From NCBI RefSeq assembly GCF_001194135.2, contig NC_068993.1, forward strand, positions 2,611,921-2,675,920: a DNA stretch of 64,000 nt, in the 5' to 3' direction. The position numbers and the translations under genes are program-made. The notes below the pieces were generated by a model. It had not been told where the DNA came from and did no database searches. It saw only the letters and a list, made by a program, of their open reading frames with translations. How positions within the stretch are numbered: the first letter of the stretch is position 1; the number at the start of each line of letters is the position of its first letter. Below, piece by piece: positions 53,453 through 64,000 of the stretch. Source of the DNA: Octopus bimaculoides (lineage: Eukaryota).

Positions 53453-53737
53453 CTATCTACCTACACACATATGTGTGTGTTTGTGACTATATTTATATGT
53501 CCATGTAATTTTATATATATTTACATATGTGCATGTGTAAGCATGACCAAATAGTTAAGATATTTATCTCATGATGATAAGATCATTGGTTCGATCTCTG
53601 CACCAGACAGTGCATTTTCCCTTTGAGCAAGGCACTTCAGTTCCCACTGCCACAGTCCACTCAGCTGAAAGTTACTATAACTCAAATGCTGGTGCTGCCC
53701 TCTCCTTCTTTCTTTTTTTCTTCTTTTCTACTCTATT

Positions 53738-53895
53738 AGATCAACCCCAGTATGCAACTGGTACTTAATTTATCAGCCCCAAAAGGATGAAAGGCAAAGT
53801 CGACCTTGGCAGAATTTGAACTCAGAACGTAAAGACAAACGAAATATCACTAAGCATTTTGCCCAGTGTGCTAACATTTCTGCCAACTCACCGCT
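53738..53895 (-). mobile_element. Family A SINE
   Basis: ccccagtatgcaactggtac...gtcgaccttggcagaatttgaactcagaacgtaaagac...tgccaactcaccgc. Confidence 0.9.
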
Positions 53896-53984
53896 TGCCT
53901 TCTCCCTCTTTCTTCTTACCATCGCTCTCTTCATGTTCTGCTGTGTTATACTTACCCATGAGTGATGGCTAACATAGATAATGT

Positions 53985-54130
53985 CATCATCGTTGTCAAC
54001 ATAGGTCTGTTAGTTTGATAGGATCTGATGGACGTGATGATGGGGTTGTACTCCAACGTCTGTTTCGCCATGGTTTCTCTATGGCTGGATGCCCTTTCTT
54101 ATGCCAACACTTCACACCATATACTGCATC
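53985..54130 (-). mobile_element. Family D element, diverged
   Basis: catcatcg tail, then ggtttctctatggctggatgccctttcttatgccaac. Confidence 0.6.
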
Positions 54131-54131
54131 C

Positions 54132-54212
<81 letters not shown>

Positions 54213-55142
54213 AATATTGCATTTCTAAATGTCTCAGAGAGAGTCATGCAGTAGCAACATGATAAAGGGATGGCTTGTTGCCAACTTAATGTGACAATCC
54301 CAGGAAAGGGAAGAATGCTACTGCCGTTTAGCCCCAAGAATCACTGTTTCTAGTAGGCTATGCGACACAAGCATTCTGTGTCCTTAAGTTTTCAAACATC
54401 TTTTCCAACTGGCCAACAGCACATGATCTGTAGCTGTATACTGTCAGCAAAGGAGTCTACCAATCCCTTTCTGGCCATAGTGATACCTGTAGACCAATGG
54501 TTTCTGGTAATTTCCCTTCCTTGGTACAGGACAACCACCGGTTGTATATACTTTTAAAGGGACACATAGATGCTAATCTCATAAAGAGAAAAGAGAATTT
54601 ATATGTATATATGAATATACATNNNNNNNNNNGAAGAGATTTGCCTGCTATTTCTAGCAATCCAGTAACCATAATATGGCTCCTTAATTCATGGTATGGT
54701 GATGCGGTTTCAAATTTGGTCATGCAAAATATTAACCAACCAGCTAATGTATCCCTTCTAATGAATTTTCATTAAAGTCATAGCACTAAGGCTGTGTTGA
54801 AAATTGAATTACCTGCTTGTTGTTAACGAGTAATTTGTAGTTTATTCTGTGGCTATTCAGGTATTTAACAATTGTTGAGAAAGAGAGAAAGAGACTCTGG
54901 AACTTATGACATTTGATAAATTCTAAAATTTAGTGTTATTAATCAGAACTTTTAACAATCTGTCTTCTCCACTTTTCATTAGAATACTTTCAATTTGAAT
55001 ATCACAATGAAATTAATTAAGTTCTAAACAATAGCTACAAATTAAAGCGAAACAAGAGGAAACAGCAACAACAACATCATCAACAACAGTAATAATGATA
55101 ATAATAATAATAATGATAATAATAATAATGATAATAATAATG

Positions 55143-55193
<51 letters not shown>

Positions 55194-55243
55194 GTAATAA
55201 TTACGATAATAATAATAGTAATGATAATAACAACAACAACAAC

Positions 55244-55301
<58 letters not shown>

Positions 55302-56509
55302 NNNNNNNNNNNNNNNNNNNNNNNNNNNNNNNNNNNNNNNNNNNNNNNNNNNNNNNNNNNNNNNNNNNNNNNNNNNNNNNNNNNNNNNNNNNNNNNNNNN
55401 NNNNNNNNNNNNNNNNNNNNNNNNNNNNNNNNNNNNNNNNNNNNNNNNNNNNNNNNNNNNNNNNNNNNNNNNNNNNNNNNNNNNNNNNNNNNNNNNNNNN
55501 NNNNNNNNNNNNNNNNNNNNNNNNNNNNNNNNNNNNNNNNNNNNNNNNNNNNNNNNNNNNNNNNNNNNNNNNNNNNNNNNNNNNNNNNNNNNNNNNNNNN
55601 NNNNNNNNNNNNNNNNNNNNNNNNNNNNNNNNNNNNNNNNNNNNNNNNNNNNNNNNNNNNNNNNNNNNNNNNNNNNNNNNNNNNNNNNNNNNNNNNNNNN
55701 NNNNNNNNNNNNNNNNNNNNNNNNNNNNNNNNNNNNNNNNNNNNNNNNNNNNGTCATCACCATTGTCATCATTATTACTGTCATCATCCATACCTCTCTT
55801 CCATATGTCTCTTTTCTATCGTCAACATCGTCATCATCATTGTCAACATCATGAGCAGCAGCACCACCATCGCAACAGCAGCAACAACAACCTTGCCATT
55901 CTCCCTCTTCCTTTTTGGTTTCACCACCACCACCACTACAATCACCACCTACCCACCACCACCACCACATCATCATCAGCATCATCATCATCATCATCAT
56001 CATCATTATCATCATCATCATCATCATCATCATCACCATCATCATCACCATCGTCACCACCACCTCCCTGTCTCAAAACACCAATGAAATAAGTTTTGTT
56101 TCGTGACAGGGTTTATTTTGCATCTTGAAATAAAATTCACTTTGTTCCTTTTTTACTACACTTTATACACCCAGTTTGAGTAGAGGTATTAGTAAACATC
56201 TTTAAGTAAAATATATATATATCAGATGTTTTATGTTCATGCGTACAAAAAGACAACTTTTTTTTTAAAACTGCTTCAATGCAATTCCAAAAACATGTTT
56301 TTATTTTTAATATTTTGGCCTAAAATACACCCTAGACGATCTTTTGCTATTAAAACATTACTTTGCACAGGGTTCTATGGTGGTTTTAAAACAGCTCAGC
56401 TTCTGTTACTAAATTCATTCACATGGCCAACATTTTCACCATTATGCAAACGAGACAAACTAATTAATTTGATTCTGTCTGTGTGTGCATAGATTATAAA
56501 TAGCTTCTT

Positions 56510-56748
56510 TTAACCCTTTTGTTGCCATATTTCTGTTAAAATATGCTGCTTTTGTTTCAATTGATTTTGGAAAGAATAAAGAATTTAGTAAAGTAACTTT
56601 GTCATTATGAAGCTGATGTCTGGAATGTAAACGAACAAGAAATTTTGATGGAGTGTTTTAGTCTAAATCACTTTAGACTGGGAAGTCTGTATCATAAAAG
56701 CAGAGGTGGTCACAGTTGGACTGATCTTAACAGTATTAAATATGTTAA
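56510..56748. mobile_element. TTAA-flanked (piggyBac-like) MITE
   Basis: Starts TTAA-CCCTTTT and has a second copy at 29715-30235. The right end is degenerate (TTAA at 56736 or 56745). Confidence 0.45.
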
Positions 56749-56937
56749 GCCTACAGGCATCAATGGTCATTAACTTCCATCCTTCCCCTCATGTACCACA
56801 GAATTTAACATCTTACTAGGGCTGGCATTTCTGTAGCCAACTGATAAGACCATTCTTCATTTTCTATTTCTGTCTTCATTATCCAATCTTTTCCAAATGC
56901 CAAAGCATTGTCTTCTCATGGTGTCCATTGAACAACA

Positions 56938-57014
56938 TTATTTCCTACTTAGGTCATTTAGAAGTTTCCACATAGTCTCTGCTGGTCTAAAGATGTCTAC
57001 ATTTGTTCCCTTAT
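56938..57014 (-). CDS. Candidate coding exon (KGTNVDIFRPAETMWKLLNDL[SRK*]), gene unidentified
   Basis: Strong acceptor tttcttttttttgtatattctcatatacag. One frame is open. It ends at a GTAGGA donor (56948) or at a stop at 56938. Confidence 0.2.
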
Positions 57015-57237
57015 CTGTATATGAGAATATACAAAAAAAGAAAATTAGAGTTATGTCCCTTTGACCATAATTGAACTAGTATTGTAGAATAATTCATGGA
57101 AGAGGATTCCAAACTCTGTGACACAGCTGCTCAGTCCAGAGATAGTGAAGTCCTTCAGTGTGCCAAAAGACTTTTGTCTCTATGCATGCATTTCCTGAAA
57201 ATGTTTGATTAGGAATTACGTAGTGTGGTGCAATTCT

Positions 57238-57420
57238 TGGATAAAGATAAGAATGTGCTTTCTTTCAGCTACACATAAGTTACATTTCTTAAATCCATTT
57301 ACATATGACATGGATTTTTCTACAATTCTCCATTTGATTGTACGTTGTGTGCAGTTGGTTTTCAAATCCCATATGTGACTAGCCAACTTAGTGGCTTTAC
57401 TTTTGTCAGTGTGCACATTA
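57238..57420 (-). mobile_element. Penelope-like element GIY-YIG endonuclease C-terminal remnant
   Basis: ATKLASHIWDLKTNCTQRTIKWRIVEKSMSYVNGFKKCNLCVAERKHIL matches the T.LS.HIW.LK...I.W.I......Y.N..K.CNLCL.EK..I pattern of PLE endonucleases. Confidence 0.7.
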
Positions 57421-58025
57421 AGAATGATGATGATGATGATGATGATGTATATATAAGATATTTTCAATTTCAGCTTTGACTTCACCGATGAATAAATAGT
57501 AAATAGAACATTATCCTGAAAAAAAAAAAATGTAGAGAAAGAAAAAGCGTAATTGTTCTATAAATAAAAGAACATAATAATAAAACCATTCAACATATAC
57601 CATTACGGTAAGAAATACTAGCAGCAACAGTAACGATGACAACAACAACAACAATAATCATTTACACTACCTGTAATATTTATTGGATGTGTTTAGCATT
57701 GCTTTTTTAAAAAATTTTCTGCCAGTTACCAACCAATGATAAAATATCAGTTGGTATTTGAGGTTTCTGAGAAGAAATGGAAGCTTCATTTAATTTCAGT
57801 CTGCTGCACAAAAGAATAAACAGAATGAGTTTATGGATCTTCATCTGATTCTGTTTACAACTTTTTCATCTTCAGTTGAAGTATCTCTCGATATTTTTTC
57901 GCTTTTTAAGAAATTATTTTGGATTTAGAAATTGTTACACATTTTATACATCTGGCCAAGATACTGGAAACTAATAGCTAAAACTCTGCAGATATCTATG
58001 CGACCAAACGTGTGTGTGTGTATGT

Positions 58026-58065
58026 ATTGTCTGATGAACGGGAAGGTGAAACTCAGAGTAACGGT
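58026..58065 (+). ncRNA. Type I minimal hammerhead-like motif
   Basis: AUUGU-CUGAUGA-AC(GGGAAG)GU-GAA-ACUC(A)GAGU-A-ACGGU. Stem I 5 bp (2 GU pairs), stem II 2 bp, near-palindromic 4-bp stem III, GUA triplet. Confidence 0.5.
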
Positions 58066-58560
58066 TTTTTTGTTATATTTCTGCTGCTTTTAAATAAAGT
58101 ATATATATATATACACACACACATATATATANNNNNNNNNNNNNNNNNNNNNNNNNNNNNNNNNNNNNNNNNNNNNNNNNNNNNNNNNNNNNNNNNNNNN
58201 NNNNNNNNNNNNNNNNNNNNNNNNNNNNNNNNNNNNNNNNNNNNNNNNNNNNNNNNNNNNNNNNNNNNNNNNNNNNNNNNNNNNNNNNNNNNNNNNNNNN
58301 NNNNNNNNNNNNNNNNNNNNNNNNNNNNNNNNNNNNNNNNNNNNNNNNNNNNNNNNNNNNNNNNNNNNNNNNNNNNNNNNNNNNNNNNNNNNNNNNNNNN
58401 NNNNNNNNNNNNNNNNNNNNNNNNNNNNNNNNNNNNNNNNNNNNNNNNNNNNNNNNNNNNNNGGTGAAACTCAGAGTAACGGTTTTTTTGTTATATTTCT
58501 GCTGCTTTTAAATAAAGTATATATATATATACACACACATACATATATACACATATATAC

Positions 58561-58722
58561 GACGGACTTCTTTCAGTTTCCGTCTCCCAAATCCACTCAC
58601 AAGGCTTTGGTCGGCCCGAGGCTATAGTAGAAGACACTTGCCCAAGGTGCCACGTAGTGGGACTGAACCCGGAACCATGTGGTTGGTAAGCAAGCTACTT
58701 ACCACACAGCCACTCCTACGCC
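58561..58722 (-). mobile_element. Family B SINE 5' half
   Basis: Low-divergence copy: tttcagtttccgtc...ggtcggcccgaggctatagtagaagacacttgcccaaggtgcc...gggactgaacccggaacc. Confidence 0.9.
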
Positions 58723-58734
58723 TATATATATACA

Positions 58735-59020
58735 TCATCATTATCATCGTTTAACGTCCGTTTTCCATGCTGGCATGGGTTGGACAGTTTGACTGGGATC
58801 TGGGAAGCCAGGAGGCTCCACCAGACTCCAGTCTGATCTGGCAATGTTTCTACAGCTGGATGTTCTTCCTAACGCCAACCACTCCGAGTGTGTAGTGGGT
58901 GCTTTTTACGTGCCACCAGCACAGGGGCCAGAGGGGACTGGCATCGACCATGATCATATATGGTGCTTTTTATATGCCATCGGCACAGAAGCCAGTCAAG
59001 GTGGCGCTAGCATCGACCAC
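58735..59020 (-). mobile_element. Family D element, best copy, with an internal tandem duplication of about 65 bp
   Basis: catcgtttaacgtccgttttccatgctggcatgggttgg tail. The ggtgcttttta...ggcatcgacc/agcatcgacc block occurs twice. Confidence 0.9.
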
Positions 59021-59029
59021 ATTTGAACT

Positions 59030-59165
59030 GACTCCTTTTCTTTACTGACACTTTATCTAATCGATCCCAGAAGGATCAAAATTAAAGCTGACCTCAGTGA
59101 GATTTGAGCTCAGAATATAAACGGCTGGAAGTAACACTACAAGACATTTCAACTGCTATTCTATT
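59030..59165 (-). mobile_element. Family A SINE, diverged
   Basis: cgatcccagaaggatc...gacctcagtgagatttgagctcagaatataaac. Confidence 0.65.
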
Positions 59166-59832
59166 GATTCTACCAAAACATTATTATGATTATAATAACA
59201 GAAATTATTCCAACCACAACGTCAATAATACTTTGTTATTGGAACAAATTCTGGTCAGTGATGATGTTCAATATTAATTTTTTCCCATTTCATTTATTTA
59301 TATATTTTTGTTGTTTATGAATAATTAACTTTTTTTAATAAAGTAACGTTCCACTATTCTTCCTTCTTTGCAACTTTAAGATAAAATTTTCAGCATCAAA
59401 TTCTTAAAGAAAATCATGCCTGCCGAGTGTGTCTACACATACTGCAAAACACTAACCAACACACACACACACACACACACACACCTATCTATATGGCTGT
59501 AAGGCTTTCACACACTGACATACACACATACACATACATACATACAAACAAACATACACACACACATACATACATACATACATACATATATAAATATATA
59601 CATATATGCATGTATGTATGTATGTATGTATGTATGTATGTATGTATGTATGTAGCTATGCAATAATAAACATCTCTTGAACTCCAGCGAGTACATTTTA
59701 AATAATTATTCACTGAAAGACCTCAATGAATAATAAAAATATAATTATGAATTACTCTAGGCAACGACATAAGGAAACAAAATCAAATTAAAACAACCAA
59801 TTTCTGAAACACACCATATAAAGAAAACAAAT

Positions 59833-59916
59833 GTACTTTTACCTCCCAGTTTTGTACTTATACAATAAAGGTGTGTTTCTGTGGTCACCCTTGCCTTCAG
59901 GTGGTGTTGGAAAGAC
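59833..59916 (-). CDS. Candidate internal exon (PHAVFPTPPEGKGDHRNTPLLYKYKTG), gene unidentified
   Basis: aaatag acceptor, GAG|GTAAAA donor, 84 nt. Two frames are open, so the reading is ambiguous. Confidence 0.2.
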
Positions 59917-60387
59917 TGCGTGGGGTCTATTTGTGACAGTATGTATATACACACATTCACATACATATAGACTTACACACACATGCACACATTCTCACAC
60001 ACACTCACACACACACAGTCACAGAGAAACACACATAAACTGGTGATAATTTTCTTGGAGAAAATGCCACTGCCAGACACAGGCTCAGAATGTATATAAG
60101 ATGAGAACGATCACAGAAGTTTGTTATGAAAGAGAACAGTGATGTTTTGTTAGTAGACATCCTTCATTTAAAAGATGTGTCAGGAATTTTATAGTTTGCT
60201 TTTTTTCGTTTTTATATTTTCAGTTTAGATAACCTGAAGTTATCTGTTATCACCTTTCATCTTATTCTGCTTGCTGTGGTATTTGAGTGATCAGGTATTG
60301 TGATGTAAATAACTTTAACTAAGGAGCTAAATTAATCACGTAGCAGTAAAACTAGCAATATTCAGTCAAAGTATTCTATTCTGTAAG

Positions 60388-60488
60388 AAGTTCGTTTCCC
60401 AACCACGTGGTTCTGGGTTCAGTCCTACTGTGTGGAATCTTGGGCAAGTGTCTTCTTCTATAGCAGCTGTTTGACCAAAGCTTGTGAG
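60388..60488 (+). mobile_element. Family B SINE head
   Basis: tttcccaaccacgtggttctgggttcagtcc...tgggcaagtgtcttcttctatagc...gaccaaagcttgtgag. Confidence 0.8.
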
Positions 60489-61430
60489 TATATATATATA
60501 TATATCTGTAACATATAGATATATATATGTATATATATCTATAACACTCTCTCTATCTATTTATTTATCTTTCTCTTTCTCTCCTTCTTTATATGTGTGG
60601 ATGTATGTGTGTGTGTAATGAAGGAAAATAAGGATTAAATACATCTAGGTGAATATCTTGGTAAGCACTCAGTATAAGAAGCCTGGCTAACAGAATGTCT
60701 GAGGATCAAATCAAAACATCCTACTCCTGGCACCATACGATCCATTACCACCTGTGTTATTGGTCAGGTGGTCAGTAACTAAATTATCTCTCCCACCTGG
60801 TTTGTTATGTGAGAAGACCAATCAACGGACAGATGAACTCACTGGATCCCATGACCATTCATACTAGTGGTTTCTCATTAAAACATCCTGCAATGGAGAA
60901 GGCGAAATCTATGCAGCTGGACGAAGACCATAGCCATGAAAACTCCAATGAAAGATATACCATGCTCTCAAATTGACATCCATGAATGATGTGGTGTAGA
61001 ACAAGATGAAGAATAGGATGTTCAATAAAGATAATAACAATCCATACAGGTTAATTATACCATGTGACAGGTGCAAATTGTTCATTACCAATTAGTAATT
61101 TTGGTATATTGATCACAGAGGATATTCTTAATGAAATAAAGATTTAAGAATATATGAATACAATACTTTATTTGCTTACCTACGATTCAGATGATTCAGT
61201 GAGTTGTATTTATTAGACACTGCGCTTTGCATGTTTAATCAATCCATTAATTGATTAATTAATCATCAAATTTATGGAACAGTCATCTACCAAACCATTC
61301 TCTTCAGAGCCTTTAACGTATTTCAGATTCGAATTACTTTGGAAGATCTACACAATCAGAATTAGTGGAAATGGTTAAATGAAAGTGGACAGATTACATT
61401 TCTTCCCACCTCTTGTCATGTATCATCCTA

Positions 61431-61470
<40 letters not shown>

Positions 61471-61734
61471 TGCATTGTTCAAATTCACATAAAATCTTTG
61501 TAGAAAGCTATGCAAAGCTCATCCGCAGTTATTGGCTACCTGATGTCATCACTCAATGGAAATGATCCTGCTACTAGATTTACATCAGGAATTCCATAGT
61601 ATCCATAATATCCATAGAAGTTATATAAATAGAAAAATGGTAGAAAATGGAATGAATGACATTCTTTATTCAAAATGACTACAATTGTTTCGACAAATTA
61701 TATACATGCACAGAAATATATATATATATATATA

Positions 61735-61870
61735 CTAGGTTGAGGAAAAAGTTCATGTGCTGTGAGTCACCATTAAACATAACATGAACTGAATGAACAC
61801 ACACACCACAAAAATATATTTAAAAAAGCATTGTTTTAACATGGCACATGAAACTTTTTACTCAACCTAA
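61735..61870. mobile_element. Mariner-type MITE (136 bp) flanked by TA
   Basis: TIRs ctaggttgaggaaaaagttcatgtgc and gcacatgaaactttttactcaacctaa. TA on both sides. Confidence 0.85.
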
Positions 61871-61894
61871 TATATATATTTGCCAGGGGCATTA

Positions 61895-61975
61895 GCAGAA
61901 GACACTTATCTAAGGTGTCATACAGTGAGACTGAACCCAGAACCACGTGGTTGAGAAACAAACGTTTCACCACAC
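61895..61975 (-). mobile_element. Family B SINE head fragment
   Basis: agaagacacttatctaaggtg...gagactgaacccagaaccacgtggttg. Confidence 0.75.
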
Positions 61976-62304
61976 ACAAACAAATACACACATGTATTTA
62001 CACAATCTATCATTAACTGAGATTATTTCAGGAATGATTAAAATACTTTGAGCTCTGTGCCGAGGATCATATCAAACATAGAAGAAATAAATGCAAAGAG
62101 AAAAATGGTAAAACACATTACATTTTCAATTACTGAAAGCATATCTCATACACAATTAATTAATTAATTAATTAACCAACTATACTGTCAGTGCATACAG
62201 GATTACCCAAATTAGACAAACAAGATTAAATGTTTCAGAATTTGTATTTACTAAAAATAGCTATAAGCTACTAATGACTCCATACATAGAGCATGGGTAT
62301 CCTA

Positions 62305-62344
62305 TCTCTGATGAAGGTCTAAGAAGACAAGAAACTAGTCAGAG
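62305..62344 (+). ncRNA. Degenerate type I minimal hammerhead-like motif
   Basis: UCU-CUGAUGA-AG-GUCU(AAGA)AGAC-AA-GAA-ACUAGU-C-AGA. Palindromic ACUAGU stem III, GUC triplet, 3-bp stem I, mismatched base of stem II. Confidence 0.45.
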
Positions 62345-62866
62345 CAACTCTATATCCTATGTCTACAGAGAGACAAAAATTTGTGGCATAACATCTTTGT
62401 TTATTTTTCACGGAGAGGTTAAATTGAATTTTTATCAAAAAGGTTTACTTTATATAACATTTCAAATTATCTAAAAGCTTTGTGTAGTGGTTTATTAATT
62501 AATTAATAGATATATATATGTATATATTTGTGTGTGTATATATGTGTGTGTGTGTGTGTACATATATATATAATACGTATACATATATNNNNNNNNNNNN
62601 NNNNNNNNNNNNNNNNNNNNNNNNNNNNNNNNNNNNNNNNNNNNNNNNNNNNNNNNNNNNNNNNNNNNNNNNNNNNNNNATATATATATATATATATATA
62701 TATACATACATATATATATACATCTATGCATGTATTTCTACACCCATATATATATTTGTGTATATATGATGTATATGCTATATGATATATATATTATATA
62801 TATGTATATATTATATATATATATATGTACATTTATGTATATATCATAAATATTACATACGCATAC

Positions 62867-62908
<42 letters not shown>

Positions 62909-63218
62909 NNNNNNNNNNNNNNNNNNNNNNNNNNNNNNNNNNNNNNNNNNNNNNNNNNNNNNNNNGTGTGTGTGCATATATACACATATACACATGCATG
63001 AATATATATACATAACTGAAGATAAAACAGTGACAAAAAATATAATACTGACAAACTCAAAACAATTTCCTAATAATTAGCAAACAAAATCAAATTACAA
63101 TATTAAAAATAAAATAAAATAAAAAATAAAAACAAATACAAATATAAACGCCATATTTATGAGAAACACACATATGAAAACTTAAAACAAACACATTGAT
63201 ATATGTACAGGAAAAGTT

Positions 63219-63272
<54 letters not shown>

Positions 63273-63840
63273 AAGAGAAAACAAAAAATAAAATTAATTT
63301 ATTTGTATGATATTCAATAAAACAAATAGGATATAAAAGAAGCAAATATAATTCTAAAATTAGGAAAATAATTCTATAAGAAAAAACAAGAACTGATTCG
63401 ATTTTCAAATATTGCAAATTGCTAATCTTTGGATTCTAATTATGTCTCCATGGAACGAGCATTTTAAATTAGTTATTGCTTTATTCAAGTCTTTATTTAG
63501 TAAAGTTAAACTGACAAATAATTATGTTTTATATATTCATTTTTTTTCTGTAGTTTTGATAATTATTGTAGTTTGTTTATATGTGTGTATGTATGTGGGT
63601 GTGTGTTTTCTGAAGTTTCTCGTTAAGATTAATTAATATTGTAAATGGAATCCATACTCTTCAAAATTAAAGGAATACGTATATTTAGATACATACATGC
63701 ATACATATCAATACGTATATATACTAGCATAAATACACATACATGCATTCATACACATACATGCATACATATATATATACACACATGCATATGCACATAC
63801 ATCTGTATGCATACATATATTCAAATATACTTATATCTAT

Positions 63841-63945
63841 ATACTGGTTTCTATATCTATATATCTTTCTGTCTATCTATCTATTTATCTATCTGTCTAT
63901 CTATTTATTTATACTGGTTTCTATATCTGTCTATCTATCTGTCTT

Positions 63946-64000
<55 letters not shown>
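63841..64000. repeat. 70-bp tandem duplication (atactggtttctatatct at 63841 and 63911) plus terminal (CA)n
   Basis: Direct reading. Confidence 0.8.

Larger units (their letters stand above)
1031..62965. other. Thirteen assembly gaps (N runs)
   Basis: 1031-1195, 3459-3781, 4727-4858, 14731-15178, 46615-46624, 47130-47161, 48153-48162, 53059-53417, 54623-54632, 55302-55751, 58132-58462, 62589-62679, 62909-62965. Almost all abut microsatellites. Confidence 0.98.

Noticed and set aside
53956-54006. Minus-strand 51-nt open exon with a strong GTAAGT donor
   Set aside because: It overlaps the tail of a family D repeat and two frames are open, so it is probably fortuitous.
58045-58550. About 85-bp near-exact duplication on both sides of the 58132-58462 gap, including half of the HHR
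   Set aside because: A near-identical repeat flanking a gap is most likely an unmerged contig overlap, so it was not counted as a tandem HHR dimer. Long reads would settle it.
58745-58880. Possible HDV-like ribozyme in family D (GGUUGG/CCAACC pairing)
   Set aside because: The helix order does not fit the nested double pseudoknot and no P1.1/P3 was found. A simple 3' stem-loop explains it.
60917-60945. ctggacgaag...gaaaac
   Set aside because: The core and stems do not fit a hammerhead.

Overview
Very AT-rich, microsatellite-dense eukaryotic DNA with 13 assembly gaps. The SINE repertoire suggests an octopus (cephalopod) draft scaffold; this is an inference and was not checked by search. No protein-coding gene is recognisable. 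Almost all ORFs in the supplied track are translations of simple repeats, and only low-confidence candidate exons exist. The window is a transposon graveyard: tRNA-headed SINE families (here A, B, C), an RTE-tailed family D, a short (AAC)n-tailed family E, decayed RTE and CR1/L2-type LINE ends, a Penelope-like GIY-YIG remnant, a mariner transposase remnant, two mariner-derived MITEs, a Helentron-type non-autonomous element and a TTAA-type MITE. The most striking signal is a set of minimal type I hammerhead ribozyme (HHR) motifs (CUGANGA, stem II, GAAA, tiny near-palindromic stem III). One is built into the body of tRNA-derived SINE family C: intact at 10653-10698 and broken in two other copies, one of which lies head-to-head with the intact copy. 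Four more lie in unrelated sequence contexts (5034, 7826, 58026, 62305). Together these suggest a family of ribozyme-bearing non-autonomous retroelements linked to Penelope-like elements (PLEs). Repeat boundaries are read by eye and are approximate.
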